Shown piece after piece: positions 13,001 to 25,000 of a DNA stretch of 64,000 nt. The translations under genes were made by a program, and so were the position numbers. Positions within the stretch are counted from its first letter, which is position 1. Each line of letters starts with the position of its first letter. Source of the stretch: Amphiscolops sp. MND2022 (taxonomy: Eukaryota); contig OZ076409.1 of the NCBI GenBank assembly GCA_964187785.1, positions 22,632,001-22,696,000 of the forward strand. The letters are read 5' to 3'. The notes beneath the pieces were generated by a model. That model was given only the letters and a program-made list of their open reading frames with translations. It was not told the origin of the DNA and did no database searches.

Positions 13001-16000
13001 GGCTTCTAGATCTTCGAAGTCGATGGTTTGGAAGAAGACGTGGCTGCTTGCATCTCTGCAGCATCCTAGTCTCTCCAATATGTTCACAGTGAGGAATGAT
13101 TTGATGGCTGATTTGCACACAGAGCTCAGGTGATGTGGATAGTGGCTGTAAAACATAGTCTAAGGATAGATAGTACAGTTAAAAAACCTAATAATAGTAG
13201 TCAACTGACATCGGAAACGAATTGAGGACGAACAAATTTGGACACAGAGGCGAAGCGGTGCTTCGCAACACATGACGAAGACGATTATTTCAATATGCGT
13301 ATATATTATTTTAATCGCATGCGTATATATTCAACAGTTCAACTTTGTTCAATAACGTGCCTATGGCACAGTGGTCAAAACATATGCCGTGCAATCGGGA
13401 GGCTGCAGGTTCGAATCTCTCTGGGGTTTTGGCTTTATTCTAAAAAGCGCTCATTATGAAGTTGACGTCAACTTCATAATGAGCGCTTTTTAGAATAAAG
13501 CCAATGTGCATTGCAGTCCAGCTAAGAAAGTTTTTTTTTCCACAATAGTACTATTGTGGAAAAAAAACTTTCTTAGCTGGACTGCAATGCACATTGACTT
13601 CGTCATGTGCAATAACTAGTCACTTTTGGGTAACTAGAAAAATCGACTTCAATTTCTACAACACCTTGGATTTACTTCGGAAGCTATTCTGACAGTTTTC
13701 TTGGTCACAGGGTTGTAGACTGAGCAATAATTAGCAGACATTGTGACACATCATTATCCCTCGATTCGAAACGCCAACGAGGAATATTTAATGCATCAAC
13801 AGCTGAAATTAAGGCAAGATTCAATGTTTGCATGTTATGAAAAGTTGAGTCGCCAACCTGACTCGTCCCTTGAGTATCATTTCTGTGCGGGTCTTCTCGT
13901 CGTTTTTGGGAGCTCTGAAGGGGGTACTGCCACATACCATCTCGTAGAGCAGCACCCCAAGTGCCCACCAGTCCACGCTGGTCGTGTAACGCGGAGACCG
14001 ACTTGAAATTATCTACAACAGTAATAGGAGACTTCCATAGATGGCACCAATTAAAAACATCCATCAAACCAAAGCCTGAATCTTCGTTTCAGACAAAAAT
14101 TTCTTTAAAAATAGGAAGTGAAATGATTAATCACAGTTGATAGGCCCACTAAGTCACAAATTAATTATCCTATTTGATTTTGCTGATCAACCAAACACGC
14201 TCGTTGTGGGGCTGAAAAAATTGTTCACGTAAAAAGAATTTTTGAACTTCCTCCAGAAAAAAAAATCAAATTGTATGTATCAAGCAATACCTTTTGTAAA
14301 TATTTGTACACAGCGCCGTAACATACAAATGACACCTTCAAATTTTTCGACAGTGACGTTTCATAATTTGTATGAAGTGAAAGGGTTCTTTTTGAGCGCA
14401 TAACTTATTTGCAACCCTTATGGCTCTTTGGTACAGCCGAGAAGACAACTTTCAGCCTAAATTATACAGCTTTCTCTGTAGGAATTGAAGAATCGACAAT
14501 TGATTTCAATTGACTAAAGTGTTCATTATTCGGTCTTTTGATTCAAAAGTTTAGGCTGTGTTTATAGTGTAGTGTTGTCCCTAGAAACTTACATACGGCA
14601 GAGCTAAACCCTAGTAAAGTAGAAATATCAAAACTAAAGAATAACCAAATTAAAACATCCAACAGTAGAAAATACTTTCAAAAATTTTAATAAGGTTTCC
14701 AAATAAGATCATTTCTAGACACCAAGCAGCAAGTATTCGCTTCATCTGTTGAAGTATATTTAGTGCAATGTGTAACCTTTTGAGTTCTAGTTTTACAGAG
14801 CAGTCAAAAACAGTCGATTCCGGTTAGAACTGTTACGACCGATAACAAGCTAAAATACCGTAGTTCATGAAAATGATCAATATTTATAATGAAGCCGTGG
14901 AACACTCGAACAATGTTTTTAATGCGAACCTCGGGAGCCATGTAATCAGGAGTGCCACAAAGTGTTGTTGCGTAGTCTTCTGAATGTTTCAGTTTGCGAC
15001 ACATGCCAAAGTCGGTGAGTCTGACGTGTCCTTCCGAGTCGATCATGACATTGTCCAACTTGAGGTCTCGGTAGATGACGTTGTGTTCATGCAAAAACTT
15101 CAAGGCGAGAATCACTTCGGCTGCTATGAACAGTGCTATTGACTCCGACAACCTGCGATTCTCTGCCATGTGGAACATCATGTCACCCCCATTGATGTAT
15201 TCCATCACAAAGTAAAGATGTGCCTGCAAATACCAAAAAAACATAGATCATCACTTCACAGTAAATTGAAGTGTGAAATTCCTCTAGAGGAGAAATTTCT
15301 AACCCACAACAATGCTAGATTTGACTTCTTTCAACAATGATTTATTTACAACTTGTTCTCAACATTTCCTCAGAAAGAAGAATATCAAGGCATTGCCCTT
15401 AAGTAGTTGCTAAATTGGCAATTACTACAACCAGCTACGGCAGTGTCATCTATAAGTGCCATAGACCACGAGGGAGGGCTGCCTTAACCTTTTAGTAGTA
15501 ATAGTAGTAAATCTCGGACTAAAGCAAATATATATTTAAATGCAGGCGAAGCTCTCCGCGAAAGAATAATTAACATTCATTCGCTTCATCTCAATAACTC
15601 GGCACAACGAAAACACAATTACGAACATTCGCTCGCTTCATCTCAATGACGTCAGCGTACCAATGCATAATTACCATCCGCTCGTTCCATCGCACGAGAA
15701 TTGAATTTAATTTTCACGCTTACAGTCACTGCCGAGCAAAATATCTGAATTATTCAGTATGGTGCGAGAATTTTACTGAAAAAAAGTAGACATCTTCAGA
15801 TTTCAATAATATTCCTGCTATCGCAGAAATTAAAAAAATCAAGTGCCTTGGGCATAGCGACAACTCATGACAGATGACATTTCAATCAAATAAAAAACTA
15901 GAACTCATATCAAGCGATATCTCGTATCAATCAGGAAAAAGTGACAACAAAGCGACATCAGATTCGTCAATAGCTTACAAATACCAACTTATACTTGAAA

Positions 16001-19000
16001 AAAAAACTAATAATTAGCTTGTTTGTTCAGTTGTCGCTTCAGACGAGATGTTGCCTAATATGAGTTGTCGCCGTATGAACGCCTTGAACGTTCCCTTTCG
16101 TCAGCAGGCGAATTCCCATGAGATGATTCTAAAGCCTTTTTCTGAAAAGACTACCAATCCAGAAAAAGATCGGTCCCGACGATCAAATTTGAGATACATT
16201 GTTCTAATTTATAAATTACCCTCTACTTACCGATGTTTATCAAGTTTATTTTATAGGACCATTATTGACATTGTGAGGAGGCTCTGCAGCTTGCAGCGTA
16301 CTGACACCCAAACTACTCTTTTCACTGACACGCCCTCCATGTACTAAGGGCAAAAAATTTCATCTCTTTCTCTCTCTCTACACCATATCCCGGTTTCAGT
16401 ACGCGCGGTCCTTATTAGTTATTTATGCTGAAGAGGATGTAGAAAGAGAAAAAAAGTGATTTCAAAAGGCAACCAATTGGTATGATTGATTACCTTTGTC
16501 TGGAAAGTGGAGATGAGGTGTGCAAAGAAAGGGTGGTAGGCTGTTAGGTGTAAGACATCTCGCTCCAAAAACACCGCGTCTCTGTCATCGTCCAACAACA
16601 CGTTGTGTTTCTTTAGAATCTTTATTGCAACTGCTTGTCCAGAGTCTATATGCTCCGCAAGCACCACCTTAAAACCACACGAGATCAAAGAACCCAAGAA
16701 AGTGACTGACCAAACTAAACTTCCTATTTTTGGAAAATGTTGAAATAATTATCAAGTTCTGAACACGTTTTCAACACGATACACTGTTAAACAGTATAAT
16801 AATTTCATGCATCAGATCAATATTGTCAATAAAACTGATAGAAGAGGCTAATATAGATTTACTTGAACTCAGGAAACGATGCTAATAATTCTAAATATTC
16901 ATAAGTTTGTTCATTAGCTGGTTTAAGGCCAAATTTTCCAGTATACAGACAAGACAGACTGTCATTAGCTTTCTACATAAGGCATGTCACTAACTTTTCC
17001 AAAACTGCCTCTGCCAATCAAGGTGCGACAGCGGAAGCACTCTAAACTATTGGCGTTTTTCAGAACACTATTGACAAAAAAGGGTTTGCCAGCTGTGGTC
17101 ATCCACATCTGCTCGTAAACTGATTGCTGTTTGCTGGGGTAGTACATCTCCATGGGCATGTATGATGTATTTTCAGAGCCCGCAAAATTCGGGTCATACC
17201 CGAGGCCCATGGCATTAGGGGATGACCTGCTGCCATGAGCATTGGCGGGAAAGGTGTCATCGTGTTTTAGATGAGTCACTGCCGAATAGAGACCGATGTA
17301 GTTCGGTTGCACGTCTCCGTTAGAATCGCTGCCCTCTTTTTTGAATGTTCGCTCAATTTTGTCCTAAAACGATCGCAAGAGCATGAATTTCCCAAGAAGT
17401 TGAGACACGTGAACAAAAGGTCAAAAGAATGCAAAGATTGGTTGGTATCTCTGTACTGTGATGGGAATACTTGCACTATATTTGAACATGAACTTAGCTA
17501 CAAATTTGCGGTTATGTGATTAATAGCGTGAATGCTTCATAAATTGAATTTCTATGACCTCCAAACATTTGTTTCATTAGCTATTTGTGGAGCAGTTTGA
17601 TACAGTATCACAACCTCAAAAACTTGATGACGGGAAATTGGGAGGTGATGTTTCCGTTCGTTTTCTACAGCCTCAACTCATTCGCATTCCTTCACTCTAT
17701 CTACTTCGACATTATCGTAGTAGACTACCCTGGAAAAACGGTTCTAGAAACTGTGCTAAAACTCACATTCCTCAATCAGAGCATGAACGGAATCTACTGG
17801 ACACTTCGATGTCTTCTCGCTATCAAAAAGTTCAAAGCAGATATTGCGACCCAATTCATTGACTGTTTCTTACTCAGCCTAATTCTTCCAACTGGTATTC
17901 TGGTTGCATGCATGTACTGGGCAATTCGATTGTACGACTACGATTTACTGATAACACCTCTGCAGAAGTATTACGTCGAGGTCGGCATATTACGTCATCC
18001 GTGGTGGCATAATCATACCATACACACTCTAGTACTTATAAGTCCACTGATAGAAGTAATTTATTTGATTTACCAACAGAAATTGGCAGTCATCAAAAAC
18101 AGTCATCTTGTTCTTGCGCAATTAAGTCAATCGACGGTGTTTGTGACAGTGGTACTTTACTACGCCCTTGTTCATGACTATTGGGCATACCCTTTGTTTG
18201 CCCAACTGGGTATTTTCTACACTATCATTTTTGGTTGTTTCATGTCGGCTTTGAATCTCCTTGTTGCAATATCAGTCAAAACAGCAGTTGCGCAAAAATT
18301 GCAGCCCTCGTCAAAATTTGCGGATAAATACGAATGAACCGACATCATTTTCATGGCTAGACAGCACGTCAAGACCACCATGTCGAAAGAGGACTGGAAG
18401 AAACGAAGCTTCCGGATTCTCCACATCAAATATTTGCCGCTCATTCGAAATTCAATACCTATAAACACTCATGAACTTATCTCGTTTGACTTGAATATTA
18501 GAATTCGTTCGATTTTACTGAATTCTCATATAATCATGAATAAACAGTTCTTTTCCGATTGATTTTTTGACACGACACGAGTATAAAATATCACAAGTTT
18601 TGTTAGTAGATCTTTTTTTCTAAAACTCTATTAATGACACTCGCTACACCGCCAAAATACCTGATTTCGAAGAGCCTGAAATACTTGCCAAAGGAAAGAA
18701 AATATGGTTGAGCAAAAGATATTTAACAAATGTAGCTACAAATTGAAGAAATGTAGTTTTTGAATGTATGGCATATTTGGGCCTGAAATGTTTTAAGCCT
18801 GAAATATTCATTGAGATCTGAAAACTGCTTAAAAGACTTGTCGGTGCCACGTCACTTGTAAATTCACTTCTGATGATCAAAACTGTCGAAATCATATATA
18901 ATAGGATTGATGTATAAACTGTATCTGACCCCGATTGGTGACGTAACATTGTATAAGCATACTTATTTTACGGACCCCTCTGAAGTCCCCGGCAAGTAGG

Positions 19001-22000
19001 GACTCTGTAGTGAATGTAATTTTTAGCTTCGGGCATTAATTGACTCAACTCAATAACAGATTCTCATTAATACCACAAACCTGTCTAGTTAAATCTATAC
19101 TGGATAAGGCGTCTGCTAGAAGCTTCTGCGGAACTCCACAGATATTCGCCACGAAAGTCTCGCATTTCTTGTGACACGTAAATCCACAAGCTAAAAATCA
19201 ACAAGGAAATCAATACCTTGGGTAATCTTATGGCTTTTTCAAACTTTCGATTGCTTTAGAAACAATGAACAACTGTTAAAACCATTTAACAGTTGAAATT
19301 TATTGGAGCATCAACTGATGGGACCACAAATTCCTTAACCCTAATTAACCTAGCATTGCTTTAAAGCAACGTGCAGTTTTCAACCTGTGAATCGTATTGC
19401 AAGTAGTCTGTATTTTTCAGCACATTTTCCATTTCAGTTTAGTTTGTTGGTACCAAGTTTGTTTTGAACGGCACAAGCATTAGAAAAAGTGAATTCTAGC
19501 AAAGAAGATTAGATTTTCCGATAATTCCATTTTTGGCAAAATCCTATTTTCTCAAAAGTCTTTGACCCATAAAAAACGGCAAGCCTTTATACCGTTTCAC
19601 AACAAGGCCTTTAGTTGTGGAGATATCAGCCATTGAAAATTTTCATCCAAGTTTTACGAAAATTTGCAAAAATGCGAGGGTCGATTGGGGTTAACGAGAA
19701 CAGAGTGAGCTTTATTTTAAAAAATTCAAACAATCATTTAAGTTTGCATTAATTACAGTGGGGGTTGGGTGGGGTGGGGTGGGGTGACTAACATTTGCAT
19801 TTGAAAGAAGAATGATAGAAGGGGAAGATGAGCTGGCCACAATGGTCGCAGAATGTGGGTCTGTGGAAGGTGGCTAGAGAGAACTTGTGAGGCACGTTGA
19901 TCTCAAACCTCTCCACCAATTCCTACAACACCAAACATACATAACTGAGTAAATATAAACTCATTAAGGACTATGCTTGCTTTTTGTATGTTCACAGAAG
20001 GGTCACTGAGGCTTGATTTTACGCGAAAAAGGTTGACTACAGAAGAGAGGATGATATGGAACATGATTTACCTTCACTTTCAAACACTAAAACCCGCAAA
20101 TTTCTAAATTGTTAGTTTCAATACAGGCTTGGGAGCATGAATATTCAATCATAGATCTATGAATATCTTCAATCCATAGATTCAATTTGTTCGAGTTTGA
20201 TTTCGAATTCTTTGAAGAATTTTTATTGCTTTTTTTCTAGAGAGTCCGGGTTTTCACAAGGAAATAACTTTACTACTATTTGTAAACAGCTCCTTTGATT
20301 TTGGTCTTACCGCGATGATACAATTTTTTCAAAAAAAAATTGTGGTACAAACTGAATCCTTTTATGACCGTATTTACATCGATAGCGAGTCATTTCGAAT
20401 GAGTAAATCAATCTATCAGAGCCGCATGTGCGGTAAAGGAGTCGGAAATTGAAATATTGAAAACAAATTACGTACTTTATATATATATATATATATAATA
20501 TATTTCATTGTACACATAGGACGCTAATATAATGTAGAATGATTCGTAAAAATTTCGTTCGAATCGTATGGGCAGTTTTCGAGAAAATTGAAAAAGTCCA
20601 AAAATGGCCTTTTTTGGTCATTTTTGGACTAATTTTGGCTATGTTTCTCACATTCCAGTCATAGCATTTTGATGCCTTTACGCACGCAGGGGCCCCTTTG
20701 GGTGTAGAATGACTGTGCAAAATTTTATGAAAATCGTATGGACAGTTTTGAAATTTGAAATTTTCATGAAAGGTCGTTTTTCATGAAAAAAAAACAAAAA
20801 AACAACACGATTGCATAAGTAGTCGAAATTTTTTTCCGACTCCTAAAAAGGTACGAGTGGATAATTAGTCGAAAATTTTTTCCAACTCCTAAAAATTCAC
20901 TGACACGGTGTTAGTTTTAACCTGAGCTTCAGGAGTTGCTTGAAGACTGCCGGGGCACCAGGTCAACACTCGCGAATGGCACTTCTTGTGCACGACTAGA
21001 GTGCATTGGATGCACTGGTAGCCTTGCTTCGTCAACAAACCCCTAAAACACAAACAATACACTAACATTCAACTGGGAGCAGCTCAATTGGACTAGTCAA
21101 CTAGCCGACTGATCAATTGCACGACTAACAGTTACAATGTATTCCTAAAACATTATTGGTTGAGGAAGCGTAGCTGACATACTCCGATTACGTAATCGTA
21201 ACCAAGTGAGCGGTACTGAAATAGGATGGCATTCAAAAATCGATCAATTGCACAGTCGTCTAACTGAGCGGTCGTCCAATTACACGATGCCCTATCCAAT
21301 GATATCATTGCATTGGATGGAAAAACAACCTGTTTCTTTTCAACACTTTTAAGGTTTATTGAAACCCTCATTTCAAGGAAGCGCATCTCTTCATAATTCG
21401 AACATACAGTAAGTTCAAATGCTAGAACACGTGAAGATTTTCACTGAAAGTCCACTAATGCCAAAATACGAGTAGATACTGAAACCTCGAAGATTCTAAC
21501 CATAAAAAATCAGAGCACAGACTGCAGAATGTAAAATGTCGGAAGAACTGGGAAACGAATTTGTGTCCTTTGATAACATGCACTTTCTTTTCCTTGATAG
21601 CACCACGTCTTTCTTGTATTGTCTCCTTGACGTTGCCCCCCATGGCCCCTGGAAAGTTGGTGCTCCCTGGAGAGGAAGAGAGCACGCCCAGGCCCCCCAC
21701 GTTAGCTACACTGCCAGCCAGAGAGGAATTGACTGCATTTTGACACAGGTCTGCAGACAGTAGATGAGTCTCGCTACTGAACAATTTCTCGGAGCTCCTC
21801 GCCCGGGCATACCCAGGCAACAACCTCTGAAGGGCTACAGGTGATTGTCGAGGCAGGTCGATCATATCTGGAGAAGTCAATAGAAACACAATAAAAAACA
21901 GCCACTAAGGTGCTTAGCGCAAGGCTTTTGAAGAATACTCATTTGACACCAAATCACAATTGAGGATATAAATCATCTGCATCGCAAATAGTCTCGAAGA

Positions 22001-25000
22001 TAGGCATTAGAAAACTAGATTGTATGAAAGTCTCATTTGATCAATGATCAGTGTTTGTCAAAAATACACCAAGTAGCCACTTTAGTGAGATCGAAAATAA
22101 TTACACGAGAGGGCCCTAGAAGTGCACTATGAAAAAGTATAAACCCAACATGTCTGTACTTCAAATGGTTTCGGAGATATTTTAGCCAATTGGTGGGAAG
22201 TGGGATTATAAGCAAACTGTCTTACGAAATATGACTACGACGGAGCCTGCTCTGGTTGAACACTCTAGCACTCGAACATGGGCAATCGCCACTTGCAACT
22301 TTCAAAGGAAGAATTTTTACTGGATCACAAATACTCTCGAAAATATAGGCCTTAGAAAACCACATGGGCTAAAATGTCGCAGTTGGAAAATGATGAAGGA
22401 ACATTTTTCGTCGAAAAATGCACTAAGAAGCAACGTTAGCGGGATGAAAGACACTCACTGGGAGTGCACCATCATGCCAGTAGCTCGAATGGTTCAGAAG
22501 ACAATAGTAGTCTACTGATTAGACTGGTATTCAAATTCGACCTATCAAGTTTTTTAATGGGAAAAATCTGTTGGAAAATAGGCCCCTCCGGGGCTCAGTA
22601 CTATTTCTGCTTTAATCTTTCATTAATAATAGAATCATATCTGGAATACCAATACACTCTTGTTTAGACATTATTTAGCGCACAATTAATCACCGTACAA
22701 GTTTACACCGCCTTTAATTCTTCTCGGACTAAAAAAATATAACTACTAAGCGTAGACGAAGTTCGGCATTCTTATTTGAATGCAGGCGAAGCTCTCCGTG
22801 AACGAATAATTAACACTCATTTGCTTCATCTCAATAACTCGGCGTACGAAAGCATAATTACGAACATTCGCTCGCTTCATCTCAATGAATTCGGCGTACG
22901 AATGCATAATTACCACTCGCTCGTTCCATCGCACGAGAAACTAATTGTTGTCGGCAGCTTGAGAAATTCAAATCTCACGCTTATACTCACTGCCGAACAA
23001 AATATATGCATTTTTCAGTATGCATTTTTGAATTTACTTTGTGAATCAGTAAATTATCCAAAATTTTTCAAAATACAATTTGATATGCCAATTTTCATTC
23101 GATTTTGAAACAAAAACACCGTTGTAACTGTGGTCGAAATTTGACTTTTGCTCTTGAAACTTTTTCTGCATAAGTAATATATTGAAAGATATTGCCTTTT
23201 TAACATTTTCGAGAGAGAAATCGAGTGTCTTACACTCTTCGGCACCCTAGTGTATATAACCAACAGATGTCACGTTTAACCATAGCATGAAATTTGAGTA
23301 CCACAAAATAAATGATTGGCAATTGCGCGTAGTTTCAATTGACAAGCTAGTGTCAGTTTTCACAATATGACTACTCCCATTTGAAATTTGTAAACTGTGA
23401 AAGACTTAGTGTAATTTCAACACATTTGTCGTAAAAAATACAAAAGCCGTCACAGCCAAAATCAGTGCCAAAAGTAATGTCACAGCTAAGCGAGTTGTTC
23501 AAAGTACGAGACATGCTATTTTGGCCACTTCAAATCAAGGTTTTGAATTGCTAAATATCTAGCCAACAGGGCGCAATGTTTCGCAATAAACGTACCTTGA
23601 GATCCGATGTCACATGAGCTGGTGAAATCCAGATTGAAAGAGCCAGATATTCCTCGTGCTTCTGTAAACCAATCAGCCAAATGATCATCAGACGTTAGTT
23701 GATCCAAATCATTCAGACTGGTTCAGTGAATTGGCGTCGGTGCATGTACTATACGGGTGTTGAGTTTATGGACTTTCTCCATGATGACTTTAATGTTTTG
23801 ACTTTTGTCTTTTTCTTTGAACTTCTACCAACAATGACATTTCATCGGTTTGACATCACCGCTACAGCATTTCAAAGAATATCAACAACGGGAATGCATA
23901 AATTTTCTTGTACCGTTCCGGAAGTGCCATTTACACGATTCACTCAAAATGCACGATTTACACGAGAAAATGAAACAATTTCATTAGCTTCCGAAATGAG
24001 TATAAAAGTTATTCGGCGTTCGCCCGGACACGAAAATGACTTGGAAAGGAATGAAATGATCCTGACATTCTGAGAAAGGGAACTGGAACCAGGGGTTAAA
24101 TTATAATTCCGGAGATCTTGTCCGATGTGGCAAGGATGTTTTTTTTCGTAATTTGAGATGTGCAGACAGACGAAAGACTTTTACCAATGAAAATGCAATG
24201 CGGTTTCTCTATGAATTTATTATTTTCCGCCCATATTTCATATGGGAAAGGAAAATATTTAAATCAAACGGGTTTTTTTTTACAAAATTTGCCAAGATTT
24301 TATTTATATTTAAATTTAAGGGTGTTACCCATAGAATTCAACCCACATAAATTTAGCTTCGTGCGATATGTATTTGTAGAGATTTTTGAAGTTTTTTTAA
24401 AAAATGACGAAAATGACGAAAATGACCCCTTAATGACAAAATGACCCCTTAATGACAAAATGACCCCGAAAATGACAAAAATTCCCGAATTTCTCATTTT
24501 TAAACATTTTTATGCAATTTTTGCCATTTTTTGAGACACCGCGAATTAGAAAAATGGACAAGATGAATCGAAGCTTTCTTTTCTTCGAACTTCTCAGCGT
24601 TTTTATAGTGCATTAGTTATTCTTGAGCCTCAAATTTATGTAGTTGTAGAACAGTTCGGGGCGGAAAATATCCCGCTCCTCAGCGGGCGTCTTGTTAATT
24701 TTCAAAAACTTGTTCACAGTTGATACGCGTACCGTACTCGATTTTTTGTACACGGTACCGATGCACTACAGGAAAATACGATTATCAGTTCACGAGTCAA
24801 TTCACTGGACTGGTTAAATCTGGAAAATGTACTATACCTCTTTCCGCATTTCGCAGCCGTCTTGCTTCATTCGACGTCTTTTCTTCTGCAAAACAACACC
24901 TTTATTAATCAATTGCTTCAATTCTAAGAAATTTTAATCGATGCGTCATATCAATCATGACAACTTTTTCAAGGATCATGTTAAGAATCTGACAACCCGA

